From contig OX638351.1 of assembly GCA_951813565.1 (NCBI GenBank), positions 704,001 through 768,000 of the forward strand: DNA of 64,000 bases, written 5' to 3'. The first letter of the stretch is position 1. Each line of letters opens with the position of its first letter. The stretch is from an uncultured Poribacteria bacterium (GTDB taxonomy: Bacteria > Poribacteria > WGA-4E > WGA-3G). Made by a program: the position numbers and the translations under genes. The notes below the pieces were generated by a model. That model was not told where the DNA came from. It made no database searches and worked only from the letters and a program-made list of their open reading frames with translations. This document shows, piece after piece, positions 38,851 to 49,102 of this stretch.

Positions 38851-39630
38851 TTATCTTGCGGAACTTTCCAATTGCTCACGCAGGAAGGTGACAATGTCCG
38901 CTATATCTTGGTCACTGAGGATATCAGAAGCGTAGAAAGGCATTAGAGTGCTACCGCCACCACGAATTGTTTTAGCCCAGCGAACTACTGTTTTATCAAT
39001 ATCACGCGGTAATCTGGTCCCAACAATCCGAATACCGATACCGGATTTTTTAGCCGTAGGATGACAGACGACACAAGCACGTCCGAAAAGTTTCCATCCT
39101 TTTTCTGCATCACCGGGCATCGCAGCGATTTTTTCGCCAGCTGCCGTTTTTGCATCATCATCTAACATTTCCATTTTAAATTCCGGGCCTTTGTTATCTC
39201 CCGAAATTGCTTCAAAGTAAGCCATGAGTGCTTCCGCATGCTCGGCTGGAATCGCAGTAGGGTTAACTTTATCGGGACGGACCTTTTGTAAAAAGTGCTC
39301 ATAACAGAAACCACCACCACCGGCAGCACGTGCAAAATTAGCACCTGAAATCATCCCGCCTTTTGCTGATCCGCGTTGTGGGACACCGATCATACTATGT
39401 CCCGCACGAATTAAACCGTCAGGCTTGGCAGATTCATCAAAATCTGCATGGCAGTCCGCGCAAGAAAGTCCTGTTGCGACTTTAGGACTGATAGTTCCTT
39501 TAAATGTTGGGTCATGAAAAAGTTCGCGTCCAAGTTGCGCTTTGTCTCCTAACTGTTGTGCTTGTGTAAAATAGACTAACGCCGCTATCAACATTATTAC
39601 GCAAATTGAAAGCGATACGACTTTACGCAT
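38851..39630 (-). CDS. Periplasmic diheme cytochrome c, TsdA-like architecture
   Basis: Signal peptide, GLSCADCH, lone Cys (FCYEH), GDAEKG..LF..ACVVCH, MP..LSDQDIAD. Confidence 0.7.
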   Translation of the reverse strand: MRKVVSLSICVIMLIAALVYFTQAQQLGDKAQLGRELFHDPTFKGTISPKVATGLSCADCHADFDESAKPDGLIRAGHSMIGVPQRGSAKGGMISGANFARAAGGGGFCYEHFLQKVRPDKVNPTAIPAEHAEALMAYFEAISGDNKGPEFKMEMLDDDAKTAAGEKIAAMPGDAEKGWKLFGRACVVCHPTAKKSGIGIRIVGTRLPRDIDKTVVRWAKTIRGGGSTLMPFYASDILSDQDIADIVTFLREQLESSAR

Positions 39631-39777
39631 CAAAAATCTCCTTTTATGTTAAAAATATGTTATGCTTTAGACATTCTATCAAATATAAAATACGTTGTCA
39701 AGAAAAAAACGTTTAAATTAAAATATTATCGCTGTTGATATTGATAATTAATAGGATTTCTGGTGTATTCAGCAATG

Positions 39778-40314
39778 TTAAATGTTTTCTAATACAGCAA
39801 TGTATGGCAAATTTCGATGTAATTGTCCATGGTCAAGCCCATATCCTACCACGAAAACGTTCGGAATTTCAAAACCGGAATAATCAACCGGAACTGAAAC
39901 TTCGCGTCGAGATGGTTTATCCAGAAGGGTACAGATCTTAATAGTCTTTGGGTTTAATGAACCGAGATGTTCTACAAGAAACTTCAAGGTGCGTCCTGTG
40001 TCAATAATATCCTCTACAATAAGAACATGTCTATGTTTAATGTAATCGCTCCCCGCCCGGATAAATTCAATATTTTTAGATGATTCCGTACTATTATAGT
40101 AACTTGAGGTTTGCAAGAACTCAAAGCGAAGTGGTAAAGATATTTCACGGGCGAGATCCGCGAAAAACAACGTTGCACCTCTCAGTACGCAGACAAGGAC
40201 AAGTTCCTGATTTTCATAGTCCTTGGATATTTGCTTGCCGAGTTCCTGAATTCGCTTCTGAATCTGTGATTCAGAAATCAGAACGGATTTAGGAAACGGT
40301 TTCATCTTTTCCAT
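39778..40314 (-). CDS. hpt: Hypoxanthine phosphoribosyltransferase
   Basis: VLRGA..FFADL, VEDIIDTG.TL, LLDK, FVVGYGLD; overlaps the tilS end. Confidence 0.95.
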   Translation of the reverse strand: MEKMKPFPKSVLISESQIQKRIQELGKQISKDYENQELVLVCVLRGATLFFADLAREISLPLRFEFLQTSSYYNSTESSKNIEFIRAGSDYIKHRHVLIVEDIIDTGRTLKFLVEHLGSLNPKTIKICTLLDKPSRREVSVPVDYSGFEIPNVFVVGYGLDHGQLHRNLPYIAVLENI

Positions 40315-41704
40315 AATGTAAGTGAAGATACCTTTGTGTTTGCGGTTGGATTTTGAACCTCTCATTGGTGGTAAACCCAATGACCCACAAAATTTCATCA
40401 CCATAGACAAGCATTGGAATACGATTGCGTTCACTGCCTGGCACCTTTATATCCATAAAGAAATCCTTAATTTTTTTCGTCCCGTGCATGCCATGCGGTT
40501 GAAATCGGTCACCCTGTCGCCGATTGCGGACTATTAGTGGCAATTGGATCTCGCTGTAATCAAGCATTGCCTCAAAAGTTCCATCAGGTAAGGGTGGAAA
40601 ATCGTCTGGAGATGTATCGTATAAATATGCCGTGATTTCTGTATTTAATGCGGGGATAAACGTTTTCCCCGGCACATTCAGTGGATAGGCGAAATCCCCT
40701 GTCTCAACAGGTGTTTTCGCAAAAACAAGTTGTTCATAAGCACGTCTGAACTGGATACCGTTCGGAAGCGATAACACAGCATTCGGCTTATCCCTATTGA
40801 TAAGACCGAGAATTGCTTGAAAATGTTCGAAATAGAAGTCATCTACCTGTCCAAAAAATTCAGCGATGCTGTGCCTTAGAATCCGTCTTTGCAATGCAAT
40901 GTGATTCTGTAGGAATTTTTCCCTATCTAACACAATGCATGTAGATTGAGATGACGGAAGTCTACAAAGGTCAAATGTCTCACGCGCAATTGCGCCAAGA
41001 TAATCCGATTCTGCGTTTAAAACTTCAGCGGTCCGACTTAATCCTGTTCTGATATTTGAATTATAGTCCTGTTCAAGCAGCGGAACCAACTCATGGCGAA
41101 TTCGGTTACGAAGATAACGTTTATCTGTATTCGTTGAATCCAATCTTGGCACAAGATTAATTGATTTGAGAAATGCTTCAATTTCTTGGCGGGTGAACGC
41201 TGCGAGCGGACGGATAAACTTTCCGGCTCTGATAGGTGCGATCCCTTTTAACCCATCAGATCCTGTGCCACGAAGTAGATTCATCAACACTGTTTCGGCT
41301 ATATCGTCTCGGTGGTGTCCGAGGGCAACTTTGGTCGCGCCTATTTGTGCACAGACAGATTCATAAAATTCGTAACGTGCCTTACGCCCTGCAGCCTCTA
41401 CAGAAAGTTTCCACTGTTTTGCTAAATGTGGTAAATCGACGGCGTGCTCAATAAAAGGTAACCATAAATGCACGGCGTGTTCACAGACAAATTGAGCGTC
41501 TGCGTCAGAATCATCTCTGATACCGTGATCAAGGTGAACAACGTGAAGGTGGCAGTTTAGATGTGTGTGCAGGGCATGCAACCCGTAAAGTAGTGCAAGT
41601 GAATCAGCACCACCTGAGACTGCAACGAGCACCGTTTCTCCATCCTCAATCATCGTGTGCTGCAAAATGAAACGATACATCTCTTGCACAAAACGGGCTT
41701 CCAT
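40289..41704 (-). CDS. tilS: tRNA(Ile)-lysidine synthetase
   Basis: AVSGGADS, HHRDD.AET, D.TN....Y.RNRIRH, C-terminal GDRF.P.GM.GTKKIKD. Confidence 0.96.
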   Translation of the reverse strand: MEARFVQEMYRFILQHTMIEDGETVLVAVSGGADSLALLYGLHALHTHLNCHLHVVHLDHGIRDDSDADAQFVCEHAVHLWLPFIEHAVDLPHLAKQWKLSVEAAGRKARYEFYESVCAQIGATKVALGHHRDDIAETVLMNLLRGTGSDGLKGIAPIRAGKFIRPLAAFTRQEIEAFLKSINLVPRLDSTNTDKRYLRNRIRHELVPLLEQDYNSNIRTGLSRTAEVLNAESDYLGAIARETFDLCRLPSSQSTCIVLDREKFLQNHIALQRRILRHSIAEFFGQVDDFYFEHFQAILGLINRDKPNAVLSLPNGIQFRRAYEQLVFAKTPVETGDFAYPLNVPGKTFIPALNTEITAYLYDTSPDDFPPLPDGTFEAMLDYSEIQLPLIVRNRRQGDRFQPHGMHGTKKIKDFFMDIKVPGSERNRIPMLVYGDEILWVIGFTTNERFKIQPQTQRYLHLHYGKDETVS

Positions 41705-41726
41705 GAGGTGGGCCTTCAAAGAACAA

Positions 41727-41798
41727 TGCCGGTGCGGAGAGTCGAACTCCGGACAGCACGATTATGAGTCGTGTGCTCTACCACTGAGCTACACCGGC
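41727..41798 (-). tRNA. tRNA with CAT anticodon (tRNA-Ile2 or elongator Met)
   Basis: GCCGGTG/CACCGGC acceptor stem, CACGA-CTCATAA-TCGTG arm; lies directly upstream of tilS. Confidence 0.9.
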
Positions 41799-41816
41799 AC
41801 GTTAAAATCTGATTTA

Positions 41817-41845
41817 AGTATATCACATGTTTTTTTTAAAGTCAA
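41817..41845 (-). promoter_or_regulatory. Sigma70 promoter for tRNA(CAT)-tilS-hpt
   Basis: TTGACT-17 bp-TATACT with extended TG. Confidence 0.7.
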
Positions 41846-41895
41846 ACATATTTTGTTCTCTCTGTGGGAAGTTTTCTCCATAATCTATAAATCAG

Positions 41896-42142
41896 GGATA
41901 TGTAAAGTTTTTGTAGAAATCCGCACAACTCCTATTGTAGGGGCGGGTCTCCGGGGAATGCCGAAAGGCATTCGGACCGTTGATTTGGTGCCTGCCCGTT
42001 GCATGGCACGTCCTGCGCAGTGGCGGGGCACCAAATCAACGGTATGAATGCCTTATGGCATTCCCCGGGACCCCGCCCTACAGTGGGAAACGCCGCGTAA
42101 TCATTGCAAATTGAACCTGTATAACCAAATATTTACACACCC
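41896..42142. mobile_element. MITE with ends like the ISKra4-like IS; partial copy at ~25618-25809
   Basis: GGATATGTAAAGTTTTTG...ATTTACACACCC versus IS end GGGTGTGTAAAGTTTTT. Confidence 0.7.
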
Positions 42143-42202
42143 CCTCAGCAATAACTCAGTTTGGATATTGCGAATTCTGAATAACAGTGATATAATTTAG
42201 TT

Positions 42203-43441
42203 ATGAATATACATCAATTAAAAGGAAAAACCGTCGGCGCAGCGGTCTCAGGCGGTCTTGATAGCTGCACAATTACGAAGTGGTTAGTTGATAACGGTGT
42301 CAACGTTGTCTGCTTTACGGCTGATCTTGGACAGCCCGATGAGCGGGATGTTGAGGAGATTCGGGAACGGATGTTGGCCTGCGGTGCCCAAGAAGCGGTC
42401 ATGGTTGATGCAAAGGATAACCTCGCTGAGGCAGGTATCCGCCTCATCCAATGTCAAGCGATGTATGAAGGCGGATATTGGAACACGACTGGCATCGCTC
42501 GGCATGTTACAGTAAAAGCACTGCTGCCAGAGATGGAAAAGCGCGACATTTCTATTTTAACACATGGGGCAACAGGGCGTGGGAACGATCAAGTTCGATT
42601 TCAACTTGCGACTAACATGCTTAATCCGAATTTTTCTGTCTATGCCCCATGGCGGGATGCCGAATTCCTCAAACACTTCGGCGGCAGAAAAGAGATGATA
42701 GATTTCTGCCAAGAACACGGCTTGCCAATTACAGCGACCCATGAAAAACCATACTCTACAGATGCGAATTTGTTGGGATTAACGCATGAAGCGGGCAGGT
42801 TAGAATCGCTAAAAACACCAGCAGGTTTTATTACACCGGGGATGGGTGTACATCCGAAAGACGCACCAGACGATGTAGAACACTTCACCGTTACATTTGC
42901 ACGGGGAATGCCTGTTGAAGTCAACGGCAGTCCTTGCACACCACTGATGAGTCTGATAGAGGCGAACCGAATTGGCGGACGGAACGGAGTTGGTATCGGG
43001 ATTCATACTGTTGAAAACCGATTTGTCGGGATCAAAAGTCGCGGGGTGTATGAATCACCCGGAATGGAATTGCTTGGCAGATGTTATGAGTTTCTGCTGC
43101 AACTGATTTTAGATAGACGTGCCCGTCGGCATTTTGATGGCGTAGCTTCTACAATCGCTGAACAGATTTATCAAGGCTACTGGTTTGATGCTGCTACGCA
43201 GGCATTGCTGGCATCAATTGAACCTTTGACACATTTGGCAAGTGGCACGATTACGGTTGCACTGTATAAAGGGAATGTTGCTTTTCATGCTGCAGGTGGT
43301 GTTTCGCATTCACTCTATTCTGAAGAAACAGCTTCAATGGAAGCAATTGGCGATTTCGACCACGCGGATTCAGAAGGGTTTTTGGCTGTGCTTGGTGTCG
43401 GTGCACGGGCTTCTGCTATTGCTGGGCAGACAGAGGAATAG
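42203..43441 (+). CDS. argG: Argininosuccinate synthase
   Basis: SGGLDS, HGATGRGNDQVRF, YSTDANL, VENRFVGIKSRGVYE. Confidence 0.95.
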   Translation: MNIHQLKGKTVGAAVSGGLDSCTITKWLVDNGVNVVCFTADLGQPDERDVEEIRERMLACGAQEAVMVDAKDNLAEAGIRLIQCQAMYEGGYWNTTGIARHVTVKALLPEMEKRDISILTHGATGRGNDQVRFQLATNMLNPNFSVYAPWRDAEFLKHFGGRKEMIDFCQEHGLPITATHEKPYSTDANLLGLTHEAGRLESLKTPAGFITPGMGVHPKDAPDDVEHFTVTFARGMPVEVNGSPCTPLMSLIEANRIGGRNGVGIGIHTVENRFVGIKSRGVYESPGMELLGRCYEFLLQLILDRRARRHFDGVASTIAEQIYQGYWFDAATQALLASIEPLTHLASGTITVALYKGNVAFHAAGGVSHSLYSEETASMEAIGDFDHADSEGFLAVLGVGARASAIAGQTEE

Positions 43442-43444
43442 TAT

Positions 43445-43579
43445 TATAGTAGATTTTAGAATTACTTGCACACTTTTGAGCTGTAGGAGGGAACTCCGAT
43501 TCCCGACATTCACAAGAGGTCGCGATTCGGAGATCGCTCCTACAAAAGACGTGTAAACTTATTTTTCTATTCTACTATA
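43445..43579. mobile_element. TATAGT-ended MITE with a REP doublet
   Basis: tatagtagattttaga...tctattctactata; internal GTAG...CTAC REP pair. Confidence 0.6.
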
Positions 43580-43602
43580 ATCGGTTTTACTTCTTCACTG
43601 AA

Positions 43603-44595
43603 TTAAGGAACTTCAATTTTTGAAAATACCTGCCTGACAATGCTTTCAATGTCAAGTCCTTCCGCCTCTGCTTCATAACTTATGATCACCCGATGTCTTA
43701 GAACATCCATTCCCACTTCATGAATATCTTCAGGTGTAACATATCCGCGCTGAGAGAGAAATGCTCGTGCCCGAGCGGCAAGTGCCAGAAAAATGGTTGC
43801 ACGAGGCGAAGCACCATACTCAATCAGAGGACTCAAATCATCTAATTTATATGCCTCTGGCGCGCGTGTTGCACACACAAGGTCAACAATGTAAGTTTCT
43901 AACTGGTCTGCCATATAGATATCGCGTGTGAGTTCACGAAATCTGATAATATCTTCACAGGAGACCACCTGCTGAATTTCTGGTATATCTTCCGTTGTCA
44001 TCCGGCGAAGGATTTGTAATTCCTCTGAGTGTGATGGGTAGTTAACCTTAACCTTTAGCATAAATCTATCTACTTGTGCTTCGGGAAGTGGGTAAGTGCC
44101 TTCATGCTCAATCGGATTTTGTGTGGCTAAAACGATAAAGGGGTCGTCAAGTGGATAGGTGGTGCCGCCAATCGTAACCTGCCGTTCTTGCATCGCTTCC
44201 AGTAAAGCGCTCTGCACCTTCGCTGGTGCGCGGTTTATTTCATCTGCGAGGACAACGTTCGCGAAAATGGGACCTGTTTTGGTATAGAACTCGCTTTTTT
44301 GTTGGTCGTAAATCAAAGTGCCGATGAGGTCTGCTGGGAGCAGGTCAGGCGTGAATTGAAGTCGGTTGAAAGAAGCATCAATCGTTTTTGCAAGTGCTGC
44401 GATAGCGGTGGTCTTTGCAAGTCCAGGGACACCTTCCAGCAAAACATGCCCGTTACAAAGCAATCCAATAATCAAGCCTTCAAGCAGTGCGCGTTGTCCA
44501 ACGATGATTTTGCCTGCCTCATCCAGGATTTGCTGTATGAGACTGCTATCGGCTTGGATGCGGGCATTCATTGCCTCTAAATCGTAGTTTTGCAT
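43603..44595 (-). CDS. MoxR-family AAA+ ATPase
   Basis: GVPGLAKT, QFTPDLLPAD, DEINRA, ATQNPIE.EGTYPLPEAQ.DRF. Confidence 0.95.
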   Translation of the reverse strand: MQNYDLEAMNARIQADSSLIQQILDEAGKIIVGQRALLEGLIIGLLCNGHVLLEGVPGLAKTTAIAALAKTIDASFNRLQFTPDLLPADLIGTLIYDQQKSEFYTKTGPIFANVVLADEINRAPAKVQSALLEAMQERQVTIGGTTYPLDDPFIVLATQNPIEHEGTYPLPEAQVDRFMLKVKVNYPSHSEELQILRRMTTEDIPEIQQVVSCEDIIRFRELTRDIYMADQLETYIVDLVCATRAPEAYKLDDLSPLIEYGASPRATIFLALAARARAFLSQRGYVTPEDIHEVGMDVLRHRVIISYEAEAEGLDIESIVRQVFSKIEVP

Positions 44596-44686
44596 ATTAT
44601 AATGGCTATCGGTTGTCAGTTTTCAGAGGAGGGGTTTGATAAAACAAATCTCTTTCTGACTGCTGACCGCTGATTACTGACTGCTA

Positions 44687-46045
44687 TTACGTGAAGAAAG
44701 GCTGTGTTTCCCCTTCCTGAAAAGACTGCTCAAGCCAGGGGTCTTTGGTTTTCTGCCTGAATTCAATGACCTTTCGGCGCATTTCGTTTACTGTGTCTTG
44801 TAATTCCGCAACATCAATCAGGTTTTGGGATTCTGCTGGGTCACTCTGCATATCAAACAACGCTTCACGACTTTGATGCACAAAATCTTCCCGTTGTCGC
44901 TCTCCCAACTTCTGAATGTTATCATTTCGCACGGCTGTCCATGAAATAGAACGGAACAGGTCGCTCGGAAGTGGTGTTTCTAACTGATATGCCAAATTGC
45001 GGACATACTTATATCTTCGGCCACGCAATACCCGATATGGATAGTAGTTGGTTACTTCGTGGAAGCAGTGAGAGTAATATGTTTCTTCCCATTGTCCGTT
45101 GCCGGGATGGGGACTGTCGTCTTCAAGAATAGATAGCAATGACCTACCGGGGAGCGCATCTTCTCCATCAGGGTGAGAGACACCGCACCAGTCTAATATG
45201 GTTGGGCAGAAATCAACCCAATTGACAAGTGCCTGATTGCGGAGTGCACGCCGCTGTTGTGTGGGACTGGCAATAAGCAACGGACAGTGATGTCCACTAT
45301 CAAAACTGGATGCTTTTGCGCCGGGAAACGGCATCGCATGGTCTGTTGTTACAAAGACGAGTGTATCATCTGCACGTCCAGAAGTGTCAAGTGCATCTAA
45401 AGCGGCACCGACAACAGCATCCCATCGCGAGACACTTTCATAATAGTCGGCAAGGTCTTCGCGCACGGCAGGAACATCTGGTAGGAAATTTGGCACAATT
45501 ATCTCATCAGGGCTGTAGGAACCCGGCTCTATCCCAGCATGCTCCCGATCATTTCCAAATCCCTTGCCAGCCCGATGCGGATAGGTGCATCCAATATGCA
45601 AATAAAATGGTGTCCCCGTGTTTTGTGCAAAGAATTGTTCAATTCTGTCCGCTACTTCCACAGGACTACGGGGGTTAACCTTTGGTTCATAATCAAAAGG
45701 GTAAACACTCTTAGGTTCAACATGCTTTTTTCCAATACAGGCAGTAGCAAATCCGTGTGCTTTTAGAATTCTTGGGACAGACTGCATGTGTTCATGCGTG
45801 CGGAATCCGTGAATGCCGTGGCAGTGCCCATATTGCCCGTGTGTGTGGCTATGTTGCCCCGTGAGAATACATGCGCGGCTTACAGCACAGGAGGGACTTG
45901 TGCAGAATCCGTAATCAAAAACAACACCGCGCTCTGCAAATTCATCAATACGAGGTGTTCTGATAACCTCATTACCGTAACATCTTGCGATGCGACTCCA
46001 ATCGTCCGCAATAACGAACATAACACTTTTATGGAAATTTTTCAT
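44687..46045 (-). CDS. Sulfatase (N-sulphoglucosamine sulphohydrolase-like)
   Basis: IADD, SPSCAVSRACILTG, GKKH, PH, DH. Confidence 0.9.
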   Translation of the reverse strand: MKNFHKSVMFVIADDWSRIARCYGNEVIRTPRIDEFAERGVVFDYGFCTSPSCAVSRACILTGQHSHTHGQYGHCHGIHGFRTHEHMQSVPRILKAHGFATACIGKKHVEPKSVYPFDYEPKVNPRSPVEVADRIEQFFAQNTGTPFYLHIGCTYPHRAGKGFGNDREHAGIEPGSYSPDEIIVPNFLPDVPAVREDLADYYESVSRWDAVVGAALDALDTSGRADDTLVFVTTDHAMPFPGAKASSFDSGHHCPLLIASPTQQRRALRNQALVNWVDFCPTILDWCGVSHPDGEDALPGRSLLSILEDDSPHPGNGQWEETYYSHCFHEVTNYYPYRVLRGRRYKYVRNLAYQLETPLPSDLFRSISWTAVRNDNIQKLGERQREDFVHQSREALFDMQSDPAESQNLIDVAELQDTVNEMRRKVIEFRQKTKDPWLEQSFQEGETQPFFT

Positions 46046-46162
46046 AGTTTCCTGACTCAATCCTTTTTTGTGGAGGCATTTACGATTTTCGAGTATTTTT
46101 GTCAATGAAAAAGGCGGTGGGCATTATACACAATACCTACCACCTCTGCTATAACGAGAGTG

Positions 46163-46656
46163 TTACTTATCTTCGCTTTCAAGTGTTTCATCTGCCCAAT
46201 CTTCTTCGGTGTAGTTAAGTCCATGTTTCTCACAGAAATGTTTGAAGCGTGCGCGCTCTTTTTGTTGTGTTTCCGCTACAGCTTCTGCTACAGCCTTCGG
46301 CACAGCTTCTGCTACAGCTTCTGCCACAGCTTTCTGTGCTGCCTTCTCAATAATCTCTGGCATTTTCTTTCTCAATTCCCAATACATTATCATCCTCCTC
46401 ATGTGTGGAAGTATCATAAAAAATACGGCTTCAACAAATCCAAACCGAGCCAATGAGGAAAGCGTTGATCTAAACGCAACAATTTCGGTTGATCTACAAG
46501 AAACTCCCAAGTCGTGATGCCCACTGTTGCTACGCAAAAGATAATACCGTAAATTAGGAGCGATATGTTATATTTCCTGCGCGGAATTAACATTCCAAGC
46601 ACGGATACCGTATCATCTTCTCCGAGCAGTTCGGAGAACCAGTTTCTATCTTTCAA
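46163..46656 (-). pseudogene. Two-TM hypothetical protein with AVAE repeats, split by a single frameshift near 46490
   Basis: ORF 46414-46656 (TM1) and ORF 46163-46537 (TM2 plus repeats) join with one added base at GAT CAA (A)CC GAA. Confidence 0.5.
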
Positions 46657-46780
46657 AATGCTCTCTCATTCTGTCTTTTTAACTCAACACGTCCTTCTCT
46701 ATGTGATTCTCTAAACCGGCTTGCTAATTTCTCCATAGCACTATTGTAACTTCTTATGTTGTGATTGTCAAGGAAAATGC

Positions 46781-49102
46781 TTACACCAACCCGCCCCGTT
46801 TCCGTAAGAACCACTCAAGACCGAGTAGCATAAGGATCATACCGAAAATCAGCGGTAGATCCCAGATATCAACATCAGTTATCTGTGATGTTGCACTCTC
46901 CACAAGTGAAATTTGGTTAACTAATTGGTCTGCCTCTTCAATAGGGTAATATTTGCCGCCGCTCCTGTCTGCAAGGTTTGTGAGGAGTGAGACATTGAGT
47001 GCTGCATCACTAAACTCTGCATAAGAAGGTTTCACCTCAAAAAGTGCCTGCTGTTTGCCGAGGTTTTCGCCATTAAGGGTCCCCGTTGCTGTGACGGTAT
47101 ATTCACCAAACCGTCCCGGAATAAATCGAGCGGTGTATAAACCATCTTTGCCTAATACCTGTTCAAGTGGAAGTTCCGTTCGTGTACCAGTTTCGTCAAC
47201 AATGATTGCGCGCAACTTCGCTTTATTCGTTAATTCAAAGGTTTTATCCATTGCGGTGACCTCAATTACAACGGGTTCCTTCAATGTATATTCAGTCTTC
47301 GCAATATCAAGTTTGAGAGCAGCTTTTGGTGCGGTTGTCAACCATTTTGCCATCTGCCGCCAGAAACGTTCATTACTGTCATCTTCGGACGGCATGCCCA
47401 ACTGCCATGGCGCTGAATTATTCGGGGTAAACACCATGACCCGTCCTGCATTAAAATTATGAGTTGCGATGAGGATGCGCTTCCCAAATTCATTTCGCTC
47501 ACTTGGATGTTCGGCGAGGACCGTTGCCCCTGCTTTCGCGCGTTTGACTTTGCTATAACCAAAAAGTTCCGACATCTTGTTCCAACGTTGCAGGTTTTCA
47601 GCGGAGTTACCTGCCAATTCCATCAACGGGTCCGATTTACCTTCTGTTGTCAGTTGCAACTTGAAGCCTTCTGCTCTTGGCATCTGGGATGGTGGAAGGG
47701 TAGACACTGGTGGTGGAGGGGTGCCTAATTCTAATTCAACAGGAAGTAATTCGGCGATTGGTGTGTTGAGATATGAATCAGTTACTTCCGAACTACCTAT
47801 GGAAAACGTCCCACCTAACATTAAAAAACCGCCGCCGCGTGTGCGAACGAATTCAACTGTATTTTCAAGCTGCGTTCGCGTGAATTCGGAAGCCGAAACA
47901 TTACCGAAAATGATTGCGTCAAAATTGAAGAGAACATCTTTTGAATCCGGATAGAATTTGAAGTCTTCGTCTGCACCACCTTGTGTGCCCCCGAAACTCT
48001 GTTCACTTGTCTTATACCGGTCAGTTAAGACGATATTCGGATCGTCTTGCAAGGCACGTTTGATAAATTTAAAACCAGAATAAGGTCTGGAAACGAATAG
48101 TATCTTTACACGTTTCGTAGGGGCGACTTTCAAAATAAAAGTTTTGGTGTTGTTTTGTGGGATTGCTTCGTCTGCTTCGGTGAGTACATGCACCTCATAT
48201 TTTTGGGTGCCTGGCTGGCGCGGGGTAAATCTGAGTGGGACTCTTGTTGTGTCACTTTTAAATGAGACCGGAACTGTTTCAAGAATCCTTCCATTCTCTA
48301 TTAATTGGATTGTAACTTTCTTTTGGGCGTTACCTGTACGTCTCACCGTCGCGGATATTTCGACGGGAAAATCTTCCTCTGCGGTCCGGGGGGTATCCAC
48401 CTTGACCAATTCTATGTCAGGGACACCTTTTTCTGATCCAATACCGACGGTATGGATAGGTGCTTTTCTTTCTCGGACTTGCATCACAAATTTTGTTATG
48501 TTTGTACCACTTCGGTCAACTCCATCGGTGCAAAGTACAATACCAGAAAGTGGGATGCCTTGTAAGTCTTCAAGTGCTTCATTTATTGCGTTCGGGATAT
48601 TTGTGTTTTCCCCTTTTGCGCTCGGTAATGGTTCATTTTCAATTCGTTTTGCTTCTGTGTCGAATCCAAAGAGTCTGACCTTGAATTTGTTCGCGTTCAG
48701 TTTGTCAATAAGCCCGCCGCCATCTTCAGGATTTTCACCAAAGAGCAGCTGATTAGTTCGATTCAATCGCGATTCACCATCATCTGAATCGGTAATCTGC
48801 ATACTCTTGGAACGGTCAACCATTACTAAAAGGTAGGAATCATCAGGATTGTTTTGATAGATTGTCAAGAGAGGTTTGAGTAGACAGAAGGCGAGGAAAC
48901 ACAAGACAATTGTGCGGAGAACAATGAGAAATCCGCGGAACACGCGTCCAGTTCGACCTCTTGCGCTCCGATATGCCCAAATAGTTGCTGCAACAAGCGC
49001 GACCATTAGGACGAATATAAGAAGTCCCGGTATTGGCACGCCGAACGAGAAATCCCCCTCCCGAAAAACGTCAATCGGGTACTTCATAAGTTGTTCAAAC
49101 AT
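46781..49102 (-). CDS. Membrane-anchored vWA + GATase1-like domain protein (MoxR-associated)
   Basis: DRSKSM MIDAS, TDG, GGG.LMLGG, LLPV, C-terminal EWFLRKRGGL. Confidence 0.8.
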   Translation of the reverse strand: MFEQLMKYPIDVFREGDFSFGVPIPGLLIFVLMVALVAATIWAYRSARGRTGRVFRGFLIVLRTIVLCFLAFCLLKPLLTIYQNNPDDSYLLVMVDRSKSMQITDSDDGESRLNRTNQLLFGENPEDGGGLIDKLNANKFKVRLFGFDTEAKRIENEPLPSAKGENTNIPNAINEALEDLQGIPLSGIVLCTDGVDRSGTNITKFVMQVRERKAPIHTVGIGSEKGVPDIELVKVDTPRTAEEDFPVEISATVRRTGNAQKKVTIQLIENGRILETVPVSFKSDTTRVPLRFTPRQPGTQKYEVHVLTEADEAIPQNNTKTFILKVAPTKRVKILFVSRPYSGFKFIKRALQDDPNIVLTDRYKTSEQSFGGTQGGADEDFKFYPDSKDVLFNFDAIIFGNVSASEFTRTQLENTVEFVRTRGGGFLMLGGTFSIGSSEVTDSYLNTPIAELLPVELELGTPPPPVSTLPPSQMPRAEGFKLQLTTEGKSDPLMELAGNSAENLQRWNKMSELFGYSKVKRAKAGATVLAEHPSERNEFGKRILIATHNFNAGRVMVFTPNNSAPWQLGMPSEDDSNERFWRQMAKWLTTAPKAALKLDIAKTEYTLKEPVVIEVTAMDKTFELTNKAKLRAIIVDETGTRTELPLEQVLGKDGLYTARFIPGRFGEYTVTATGTLNGENLGKQQALFEVKPSYAEFSDAALNVSLLTNLADRSGGKYYPIEEADQLVNQISLVESATSQITDVDIWDLPLIFGMILMLLGLEWFLRKRGGLV

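Noticed and set aside
48144..48752. Long antisense ORFs (also 6710-7300, 53242-53715 and others)
   Set aside because: Shadow frames opposite well-supported genes.
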